Source: Nostoc sp. DedSLP01 (GTDB lineage Bacteria > Cyanobacteriota > Cyanobacteriia > Cyanobacteriales > Nostocaceae). From it: a DNA stretch of 64,000 bases. The stretch covers positions 32,001-96,000 of the forward strand of contig JAVRCJ020000027.1 of the NCBI GenBank assembly GCA_034530875.2, written 5' to 3'. This document shows, one piece after another, positions 28,306-36,796 of the stretch (positions are counted from its first letter, which is position 1; each line of letters opens with the position of its first letter). Below the pieces are notes generated by a model. It saw nothing but the letters and a program-made list of their open reading frames with translations, had not been told where the DNA came from and did no database searches. Both the position numbers and the translations under genes were made by a program.

Positions 28306-29052
28306 ATGACTCCATTACCCACCGACTTAAACCCCCAACACCTCCCCCACCACATCGCCGTCATCATGGATGGTAACGGCCGATGGGCAACCAAGCGAGG
28401 CTTACCCCGCATCGCCGGACATCGCCAAGGAGCAAAAACCCTCAAAGAATTATTACGTTGCTGCAAACACTGGGGAATCAGAGCATTAACAGCCTACGCC
28501 TTCTCAACAGAAAATTGGCAGCGTCCCATTGAAGAAGTAAATTTTCTGATGCTTTTGTTTGAGCGATTGCTGCGCCGCGAGTTAGCACAGATGCATCAAG
28601 AAGGAGTGCGAATCTCATTTATTGGAGATTTATCAATTTTACCCAAATCTCTGCAAATAGAAATGCAACGTTCAATGGCAGAGACATTAAATAATCAAGC
28701 AATACACTTTATAGTTGCAGTGAACTACGGTAGTCGCAACGAAATTACAAGAGTCTGTCGCCAAGTAGCACAACTAGTAGAACGAGGCGAACTCAGCACC
28801 GAACAAGTGAATGAAAGCCTGATTCAAAAACACCTCTACACAGCAGATACTCCCGAACCAGATTTACTGATTCGTACTAGCGGTGAGATGCGATTGAGTA
28901 ATTTTCTACTTTGGCAAATGGCGTATACAGAAATGTACTTTACTGATATTCTTTGGCCAGATTTTGACACAGAAGCATTTCATCAGGCTTTGTTGAGTTA
29001 CCAAAAACGCGATCGCCGTTTTGGTCAAGTTAAAACTTCACTCTCAGCCTAG
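28306..29052 (+). CDS. uppS: cis-isoprenyl diphosphate synthase (UppS family)
   Basis: [50 protein letters not shown]; may be a paralog. Confidence 0.92.
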   Translation: MTPLPTDLNPQHLPHHIAVIMDGNGRWATKRGLPRIAGHRQGAKTLKELLRCCKHWGIRALTAYAFSTENWQRPIEEVNFLMLLFERLLRRELAQMHQEGVRISFIGDLSILPKSLQIEMQRSMAETLNNQAIHFIVAVNYGSRNEITRVCRQVAQLVERGELSTEQVNESLIQKHLYTADTPEPDLLIRTSGEMRLSNFLLWQMAYTEMYFTDILWPDFDTEAFHQALLSYQKRDRRFGQVKTSLSA

Positions 29053-29077
29053 CCTACAAAAATCTTACTAAAACCTC

Positions 29078-30211
29078 TCACCTAATCGACACCAAACCCG
29101 CTTCATTTATTAATTGCTGACCTTGCTCGCTCAACATTAAGTTAGCATAAGCTACTCCGGCTTGTTCGTCCAAGGTACCGTCTCGTTTGATGACGACAAA
29201 CAGCCGTCTAACTAGGGGGTAAGCGTCCTTGGCAAAACCAATTTTATTTACTTGCTTGCCTATACAAGGAGATACAAAATTTTCATTAGACTCCCTAGCA
29301 ATAGCAACAGGCTGAATCGATTGGTTACAAACTTCTGAGGCTGTAGCAAAACTAATTCCACCAGGAGTTTTGGCAACTTTTTGTATAGCAGTTGTAGTGT
29401 CTTGCACGTAAGGTTTTACAGATTCGGCAAATGATTCATTAGCCAAAACTGTTTCTTCAACGTATTCAGGAGTACCCCCACCTTCTGGGTCGCGGCTTAA
29501 AGGAGTAATTTCCAGATTGGGGCCGCCTACTTGGTTCCAATTTGTGATTTTACCAGTGTATATATCCTTAAGTTGAGACACTGTTAAACCAGGTAAAGAC
29601 AAATTAGGACTCACGTAAAAAGCTATTCCGTCAATGGCAACAGGTATCTGTTCTAGTTGAAAATTCTTTGTTTTCGCCTCTTGATATTCTTCTGTTTTTA
29701 CAGGTCGAGACGATTGTGAAAAACTCAATTGACCTTCTAAAAGCATCTTGATTCCAGTACCAGAACCAGGCTTAATTAATCCGGGTGGAGTAGCATAATT
29801 TAACTCAAATCTGGGATGAGCTTGTAGAATTTCCGCTATCATTCCCGGAGATCTTAGCGGTGCAAAACTTGTAGACCCACCGTACCTAAATCTTCCCTGG
29901 GGAATATTAGGTACGTCAGCAAAGGTACGATAAAGAGGAATGGAATTTTGAGGAGAAACTGTAGGTTTAGGAGAAACTGTAGGTTTAGGAGAAATTGTTA
30001 AGTTACTATTACTACGAGAATTAATTAGCACGCATGAATTATTCAATTTTTGTTGACCTGTTGGGCAAGTTTTAGGCCAAAGTGCCCAGATTAAATAAGC
30101 ATCGCCAATGGCAGCTATAGCTATAAAAATATTTATTATAATACGCTTTAATTTTGAGGTAGGTCTACGATTATTATCGAGATTGTTACGATTCATAACC
30201 TCTCTTGGCAC
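29078..30211 (-). CDS. membrane-anchored PstS-like substrate-binding protein
   Basis: TM, FRYGGSTS, GSGTGI, QSSRP, VAIDGIA, YPLVRRLFVV. Confidence 0.85.
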   Translation of the reverse strand: MPREVMNRNNLDNNRRPTSKLKRIIINIFIAIAAIGDAYLIWALWPKTCPTGQQKLNNSCVLINSRSNSNLTISPKPTVSPKPTVSPQNSIPLYRTFADVPNIPQGRFRYGGSTSFAPLRSPGMIAEILQAHPRFELNYATPPGLIKPGSGTGIKMLLEGQLSFSQSSRPVKTEEYQEAKTKNFQLEQIPVAIDGIAFYVSPNLSLPGLTVSQLKDIYTGKITNWNQVGGPNLEITPLSRDPEGGGTPEYVEETVLANESFAESVKPYVQDTTTAIQKVAKTPGGISFATASEVCNQSIQPVAIARESNENFVSPCIGKQVNKIGFAKDAYPLVRRLFVVIKRDGTLDEQAGVAYANLMLSEQGQQLINEAGLVSIR

Positions 30212-30549
30212 ACTGCATTTACTACAAAATGACCTAAAATTTCTACAGGTAAAGCCTTTGCTTGTGTGAGAGTTAGCAGAGGATTTGCTAACCTTAGCAT
30301 CCTATCACATTCGCTAGTCCTAATATTCTAACTAAATTGCTTTTCTTATATCTCTTCTTTGCAATGCAAATATTTTACTAAATATATTCAAAAAACTATG
30401 TATCAAAAATTATAATTAGCCTCCATTAAATAGTATAATTATTTATTTAAACTACCTTTAGTAATCACAACAACAAACAATATAAAAATCGTCTAATTTT
30501 AACGATGGGGATTTCTGTTTTCCCGTTTAAAATTTAACAATCTGCTTTT

Positions 30550-31659
30550 TTACTTTTGTTCGGTATCAGTATTATCAAGTACAAGGTACTTGCTATTTTC
30601 TTGCCGTAACCGAGCATCTTCATCGTTGTAAAAGAAGGACAACAGAACAAACCGCTGCCCACTGATGACAGGGGTAGCCTCATGTAGTAACGAGCAAGAA
30701 AAAATCACTGCTTCTCCAACATTTGGAGTATAAAGCTGAAGTCCATACTCTGGAAACCGCAAATCACCGCCTTTATAAGCACCCGTATTCAAATTTAATG
30801 ACATAGCAAACCGTCGGTGAGCAGTGCCTTTGGTAGTATTATCGCGGTGACGATTAAAAAAGCCTTTATCGTTTGCTTCGTAACAAGATACTAGATAACG
30901 CTCAAAGCGAGTGATTGGAAATTGAAAAGCCTTCTCAATTTCTGGTTTCACTCGCCGCATAATAATATTATTTATATGCTTTAATAGTTCAGGTTCAGAA
31001 ACTAAATAGTCTCGACGTTTTTTAAATTCATAGTCATAAACTGCAACTGTTTTACCATCAATTTGTCGCATAAAACCAGAATCTTCACCGCCATCTGCTT
31101 CGTACAAATTAATTAAATGTTGGCAAAAACTTGGTTCTAGAACATTGGGTATAAATAAAACAGGTGCTTGTCTGGCTGCTGGAATATTTTCGGCGATCGG
31201 AGGTAAGTTTTGAATGAACTCAAACACTTCCTGACAAGGATTAGTAGTAGCTGAGATTGGCAAAACTTTGATGATTCGTAAATTTTCATCCAATACAAAA
31301 ATTGTTGGTCTGTATTCGAGTTCGTTACTCCCCTGATTTTTCAGCCTACAAGTACCGTATTGAAAGCTAACTTTACGTTCAAAATCCCAAAGAAATTTAA
31401 AATAGGTTTTATTCTGTATTAACTCCGCCAAAAAACTATCATCTGTGTCTATACTCACACCAAAAAATGGTACTTGATACTCAGCCAAATCTTCTTGTCG
31501 GTTGGAGAATTCATCGATAATCTGACGAATATATGTGTTTTTTGAACTTCCGAAAAAAAACAAAATACTACGGTATCCGCCAATGGAGTTAAAGTGAAAA
31601 TTGGGGTTTGAGTTTGAGGGAAGAATGAACCAGGGAATCGGATCGCCAACAGTAAGCAT
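30550..31659 (-). CDS. AhpC/TSA-like domain fused to 2OG-Fe(II) oxygenase
   Basis: LTVGDPIPWF..FFGVSID redoxin-like part; HRDN...LLHEA...R facial triad. Confidence 0.85.
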   Translation of the reverse strand: MLTVGDPIPWFILPSNSNPNFHFNSIGGYRSILFFFGSSKNTYIRQIIDEFSNRQEDLAEYQVPFFGVSIDTDDSFLAELIQNKTYFKFLWDFERKVSFQYGTCRLKNQGSNELEYRPTIFVLDENLRIIKVLPISATTNPCQEVFEFIQNLPPIAENIPAARQAPVLFIPNVLEPSFCQHLINLYEADGGEDSGFMRQIDGKTVAVYDYEFKKRRDYLVSEPELLKHINNIIMRRVKPEIEKAFQFPITRFERYLVSCYEANDKGFFNRHRDNTTKGTAHRRFAMSLNLNTGAYKGGDLRFPEYGLQLYTPNVGEAVIFSCSLLHEATPVISGQRFVLLSFFYNDEDARLRQENSKYLVLDNTDTEQK

Positions 31660-31917
31660 AAGATATCAATTTATATTTATATGATAATTTAGTTTGGACA
31701 GCGTACTGACCTTTTAAGGCTACAACGGTATATTAAAAATCTCCGGAAAATTCCAGCAACACATCCTTGGCTGAAGACGCGATGAATGGCGTCTCTACAA
31801 ATGCTCTATTTGTTGCATTCTTTTTTCAAATTGGTATTATCTAGCTTATTGTCCCATACAGATTTTAGATACGCTCTTTATCTTTTACATCTTTTAAATT
31901 AGTAAATGTTCCTGAGG

Positions 31918-32922
31918 TTAATAGCTTGGTATTACTCTGCCAAAGCTACGATCGCCATTAATCTCAATTACTAAATCAACCGCTGTTACATCTTTTACTA
32001 ACGGTTTGATGAATAATTCCGGGTGAAGCGATCGCCAAAAATAATTGACAAATTGCTCTATTTCTGCATTGCTCATTCCCGATTTACCCGCAGCAATCAT
32101 CTGTTGTTCCGCCTGTTTTCGCCATTCCAAAGAACAGCGATAATCGCTGGGATACAACACAACTAAGTTGTCTAATCGCTCCCACAGTGGCAGATAATCC
32201 TGGAGGCGAAGATTCATATCGCGGGCAAATGCTTTATCTTCGTCTGTAATAATTGGCGGTGGTGCAGTATCAAATATATCTGGGTCGAGTGGGCGCACGC
32301 CCACAAACCAACCTTCAAATAGTACTATATCTATATTCGTAAGGATTTCTGGATTAGTGCGATCGCCAGCGCCTTTATGTGCAGATTTATCAAACCGGGG
32401 AACTAGAACAGGGCTTTGGCAATCGCGGATTCGATCTAGGACATTTAAACCTAAGTCGATATCATGGGTTCCTGGAGGCCCGCGCCAAATCAACCGGGGA
32501 TCTTGCTGTGTTAACAGTAAGCGATCGCTGTAAGTTTTATATAAGTCATCCAAAGACAAACTCACAGTCCGGTATCCCAACTGCTGGAGAATCAAGCTGA
32601 GAACTTTGCACATTGTGGTTTTTCCAGTCCCTTGTACTCCTAAAATGCCTTGAATTAAAGGGCGTCCCAACTCTTGGCGTCTCGATGCGAGTTCGATCCC
32701 CAAAGGTAACCACAAGTCCCACAAAACTTGTAACATCTCCTTAGGTTCTTTTTGCAGAGTAGTTTGGCAGAACTCGTTAAAAGCTGGCAAAACAGATTTT
32801 AGTAAATGCGATCGCTTTTCTATCGCCTCATCGACATTTTCCGGCGTGATTCCAAAAGCCTTCGCCCTCAACCCATCTGCTAACGCCGCTTCTCTTGCTT
32901 CCCCATCTCCCGATTTCCCCAT
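31918..32922 (-). CDS. GLYK-type D-glycerate 3-kinase
   Basis: GVQGTGKTT, LSLDDLY, RGPPGTHD, PRFDKSA..GAGDR, FEGWFVG. Confidence 0.88.
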   Translation of the reverse strand: MGKSGDGEAREAALADGLRAKAFGITPENVDEAIEKRSHLLKSVLPAFNEFCQTTLQKEPKEMLQVLWDLWLPLGIELASRRQELGRPLIQGILGVQGTGKTTMCKVLSLILQQLGYRTVSLSLDDLYKTYSDRLLLTQQDPRLIWRGPPGTHDIDLGLNVLDRIRDCQSPVLVPRFDKSAHKGAGDRTNPEILTNIDIVLFEGWFVGVRPLDPDIFDTAPPPIITDEDKAFARDMNLRLQDYLPLWERLDNLVVLYPSDYRCSLEWRKQAEQQMIAAGKSGMSNAEIEQFVNYFWRSLHPELFIKPLVKDVTAVDLVIEINGDRSFGRVIPSY

Positions 32923-32946
32923 CTCCCTATCTCCCCATCTCCCATC

Positions 32947-33279
32947 CTACGATCCCAGCTTAAAGGCTTCGAGAAACAGGCTGTAGGTGAAGCCAACTTT
33001 CAGAAGATTTAATGAGTCTACCAACAGCGATCGCCTGGTGAAAAAAGGCTGGCGGTAGAATATTCTGCTAGTAATTTCTGTCAATACTACTAAAAAACCA
33101 GCTACTACAATATCTAATTCTGCCCGTTGACCGGCTGTCGTGGAAGCTGCGTTTCCCAGAAAAAAACCGAATAAAAAACTAATTATCAGCAACGATATTC
33201 GCCGCCAAGGGTTAAGAAACCATTGTGCCAACTGTCTAGCAATGGCATCGAACAAATTATTAAGACGAGTGTTTTGCAT
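32947..33279 (-). CDS. ycf20: DUF565/Ycf20 family membrane protein
   Basis: MQNTRL..NPWRR..FGFFLG..FLEAFKLGS. Confidence 0.88.
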   Translation of the reverse strand: MQNTRLNNLFDAIARQLAQWFLNPWRRISLLIISFLFGFFLGNAASTTAGQRAELDIVVAGFLVVLTEITSRIFYRQPFFTRRSLLVDSLNLLKVGFTYSLFLEAFKLGS

Positions 33280-33845
33280 TAAAGGGACTTTTGGGAAAAA
33301 GTCAACATCTCTTGAAATATATCAATATTTAAATCCAGGAAATTGGTTTTAGCATCAGCTTATTTGTTAATATTATAGATATCCACTGGGCTTCCAGTGT
33401 CTATTCAAATTTTTTGTATATTTTATCATCTTCACGGAAGTACAGAGCCTCTTCAAAGGCTACATTTCCACATACAAGATGAAACATACCACCTAGATTT
33501 ATCTCAGGTTTGGCAATTTGCGCTTTGTTAAGGCCGCCAGCGGTTTGACGAAAGCTCATTGCTTGATACAAATGTATTTCCTGATTAAGTATCTAATTTT
33601 ATTTTTTTATGGAAGCTTACGGACAAAAACCAAGCAATAGGTCTCTACAACCTTTATTAGGCAAACACGAAAGGAACTGTTTCCTGCCAATGTTTGTCAC
33701 TTGAAATGATATTTTTCATACATTCCTCACTATAATCTGAGGAAAATCTATATTAGGCTACTTTCGACGATCGCCCTTTTATGATATCGGGCTATTATTT
33801 GGTCAAGCCTAGACAAATATTTATTTCTAATAACTATTAATCAAT

Positions 33846-34478
33846 ATGAAAACTTCAGTGTATCGTAACCTTGGTGTTACAGCTTGTTGTTTGGGACTGC
33901 TTGTTGCTCTGGTGGGATGCTTGGGAGTGAGTGTATCGTTTGAGCCCGCAAACCCAGATACATCATCAGAACCGCTATCCAATAATTCTGAGTGGAATAT
34001 AGCTTCATCCACACCGATGTCAGCTAGAAACAGTATCTCCACTAGTAACCTGTCACCTGTAGCAACGAACCAAAGCGATCGAGTAGAAAATACCAATCAA
34101 GATAAAACTTATCCTGTCTTAGCAAATCGCGATCGCTCAACTACCAAAGTCAAAGAACAAGGAACTTTGCGGATGAGCAATCACACTAACCAACCTGTAC
34201 GGTTAGCTTTACTAGCGCGATCTGTAGCAAAAGGCTCTAGTGGAAAGACTAAATACGATCTCCCAGCACATTGGGATTTTGCTCCCCAAGAAGGTAGTGA
34301 AAAGGGGCTGGTATTATCTCTACCTCAGAATAATTTGAAAATAGAGAAGGGAGATATTTTAGTTGCCTTTGCACAAGATGGTTCCCGTCGTTACTGGGGC
34401 CCTTATGTTGTTGGAGAAACTCAACAACCTAAATGGGATCCCCAAAGCAAAGAATGGCAATTAATAGTGACACCATAG
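33846..34478 (+). CDS. exported hypothetical protein
   Basis: hydrophobic N-terminus; AHWDFAPQEGSEKGL, GSRRYWGPYVVG. Confidence 0.75.
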   Translation: MKTSVYRNLGVTACCLGLLVALVGCLGVSVSFEPANPDTSSEPLSNNSEWNIASSTPMSARNSISTSNLSPVATNQSDRVENTNQDKTYPVLANRDRSTTKVKEQGTLRMSNHTNQPVRLALLARSVAKGSSGKTKYDLPAHWDFAPQEGSEKGLVLSLPQNNLKIEKGDILVAFAQDGSRRYWGPYVVGETQQPKWDPQSKEWQLIVTP

Positions 34479-34479
34479 G

Positions 34480-34625
34480 TATGGGGCATCGGGCAAGCAG
34501 GGAGTGTGGGAGGTGTGGGAGGAGGGAGAAGCATAAATTCTCATTCCCCCCACACTCCCCCATCCTTCATTCCCCCCTCTCTCCCCACACTCCCCACACT
34601 TCTCCATCTCCTCATCTCCTCCAAC
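34480..34625. repeat. STRR-type composite inverted repeat
   Basis: GGAGTGTGGGAGG arms versus CCCCACACTCCCC arms. Confidence 0.75.
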
Positions 34626-34745
34626 TTGACCTTAAACACTTATAATTAAGTTTGCTCAATCACTTATTCAGCAGTTGGTTTTTTGAATAAGAACAAAACA
34701 TAGACAAGCAACGACTATTCACTAGTAATTGTTGACTATTGACTA

Positions 34746-36722
34746 ATGAGAATGAAATTGAGTGTTAAAGGCACTGTCGATCGCTGGTTCAACAAAATAG
34801 GGAAGAATCCAACCTTGAGTTTAACGCTGTCGATTATTGGGTTGATAGCGATCGGCTGGATAGCTTTTGGGTGGAATTTAGGCAACATTGGTTTGATTGA
34901 TGAAACAGAACCGCTGTTTGCAGAAGCTTCCCGCCAGATGTTTATTACAGGTGATTGGATCACCCCATTTTTTAATGGTGACACTCGTTTCGATAAACCT
35001 GCTTTGATTTACTGGTGTCAGGCGATCGCTTATGCAATTATTGGAGTCAATGAGTGGGCTGTACGCCTTCCTTCTGCGATCGCTGCATTCGGCTTAATTT
35101 GTTTAGCTTTTTATACTGTGTATTGGTATTTAACTAAACAAGACGAATTAGAGCAAGTTTCACGTCCTACTCGCCGCTACTTAATATCTTTTTTGACAGC
35201 GGCACTCATGGCACTCAATGGCGAAACAATTATTTGGGCAAGAACTGGTGTCTCTGACATGTTGCTTACCGGTTGCATAGCCTCAGCTTTGTTGTGTTTC
35301 TTTCTGGGGTATGCAAAGGAAGGGACTGGGGACTGGGGACTGGGGAGATGGGGAGATGGGGAAGTGTGGGGAGAGAGGAGGGAAAGATTTCTTCCCACAC
35401 CTCCCACACCTCCCACGCCTCCTGCTTCCCCAATGCCCAATAACTGGTACTTAGCTTTTTATGTGCTAATTGCAGGTGGTATTTTAACTAAAGGCCCAGT
35501 AGGAATTGTCTTGCCAGGGCTAATTGTTGTCGCCTTTTTGCTTTACGTGGGCAAGCTATGGCAGGTATTGCGGGAAATGCGCCCGCTTGTAGGCATACTG
35601 GTAATTTTTGGGTTATCAGTACCCTGGTATGCGTTAGTGATTTGGCGCAATGGCTGGAATTATATTAATGCTTTTTTTGGTTATCACAACTTAGAACGGT
35701 TTACAGAAGTAGTTAATGGTCACTCAGCACCTTGGTATTTTTACTTTGTAATAGTGTTACTGGGCTTTGCGCCATACTCAGTGTATTTACCAGTTGCAAT
35801 ATTTAGGCTGAAATTTTGGCAGCGATCGCGCTGGCTTTCTCAACCACGTTTTCAGCAATTGAGCTTATTTGCTTGGTTCTGGTTTGCTGGTGTCTTTGGC
35901 TTTTTTACCATTGCTGTCACCAAACTTCCCAGCTACGTATTGCCTCTCATGCCAGCCGCCGCAATCCTCGTGGCGCTTTTGTGGAGCGACCTTTTTTCAG
36001 GAACGAAGAAAGAAGACACACAGACGCCTAAACACACAGACGCGGAGAGTGATTTACCCGCGTCGCTGCGTCTCCACGTCTTCGCGTCCTCCCTATTCTG
36101 GACTGGGTGGGTGAATGTAGTATTTTTATCAGTTCTGGCAACTGCACTTTTTAACATCACTCAAATATTAGGTAGCGATCCCGCCATCACTAACTTCCAC
36201 GAACTAATTAAACAATCTGGTTTACCAGCGATCGGCGGTGCAATTTGGCTGCTTTGCGCTGTTTTGGTCGCGGGTTTAGTATTGAGTCGGCGCTGGAATT
36301 ATATCATCAGTATGAATTTACTGGGATTTGTAGCGTTTTTAATTTTTGTTCTCACCCCTGCTTCATTCTTTATCGATCGCGAACGTCAATTACCTTTAAG
36401 AGAGTTATCTGCAACTATACAGCAGGTGAGAAAACCAAATGAAGAACTGGTGATGCTCGGCTTTAAAAAGCCAAGTGTAGTATTTTATAGTCAAACTCAC
36501 GTTAATTATTTCAGATTTCCCCAAGAAGCTCTAGAACATCTTCAAAACCAAACAGCAAAAGCAGTAGAACCTCCTTCATTACTGCTTTTGGCTGAGCAGA
36601 AAAAGCTTCTGCAAATGGATTTACAGCCAGATGATTACAAGAGTTTATCCACCAGAGGCGCTTATAATTTGATTCGCATTCCTTTCTTTAAAAAGAAAAA
36701 GGAAAAAATGGACATATCATAA
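34746..36722 (+). CDS. ArnT/GT39-like membrane glycosyltransferase with two in-frame repeat inserts
   Basis: DETEPLFAEASRQM, RFDKPALIYW, LTKGPVG, HSAPWYFY, TKLPSY. Confidence 0.9.
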   Translation: MRMKLSVKGTVDRWFNKIGKNPTLSLTLSIIGLIAIGWIAFGWNLGNIGLIDETEPLFAEASRQMFITGDWITPFFNGDTRFDKPALIYWCQAIAYAIIGVNEWAVRLPSAIAAFGLICLAFYTVYWYLTKQDELEQVSRPTRRYLISFLTAALMALNGETIIWARTGVSDMLLTGCIASALLCFFLGYAKEGTGDWGLGRWGDGEVWGERRERFLPTPPTPPTPPASPMPNNWYLAFYVLIAGGILTKGPVGIVLPGLIVVAFLLYVGKLWQVLREMRPLVGILVIFGLSVPWYALVIWRNGWNYINAFFGYHNLERFTEVVNGHSAPWYFYFVIVLLGFAPYSVYLPVAIFRLKFWQRSRWLSQPRFQQLSLFAWFWFAGVFGFFTIAVTKLPSYVLPLMPAAAILVALLWSDLFSGTKKEDTQTPKHTDAESDLPASLRLHVFASSLFWTGWVNVVFLSVLATALFNITQILGSDPAITNFHELIKQSGLPAIGGAIWLLCAVLVAGLVLSRRWNYIISMNLLGFVAFLIFVLTPASFFIDRERQLPLRELSATIQQVRKPNEELVMLGFKKPSVVFYSQTHVNYFRFPQEALEHLQNQTAKAVEPPSLLLLAEQKKLLQMDLQPDDYKSLSTRGAYNLIRIPFFKKKKEKMDIS

Positions 36723-36796
36723 AACCGTTAAATTGTTATTAGTCCTTTCTCCTTTCCTAATCACTAATGACCAATGACCAATAACTAATGACTACA

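Noticed and set aside
34433..34645. Short ORFs over repeats (also 45828-46038, 58895-59119, 18338-18607, 20469-20720)
   Set aside because: Low-complexity translations of STRR or MITE-like DNA with no protein motifs
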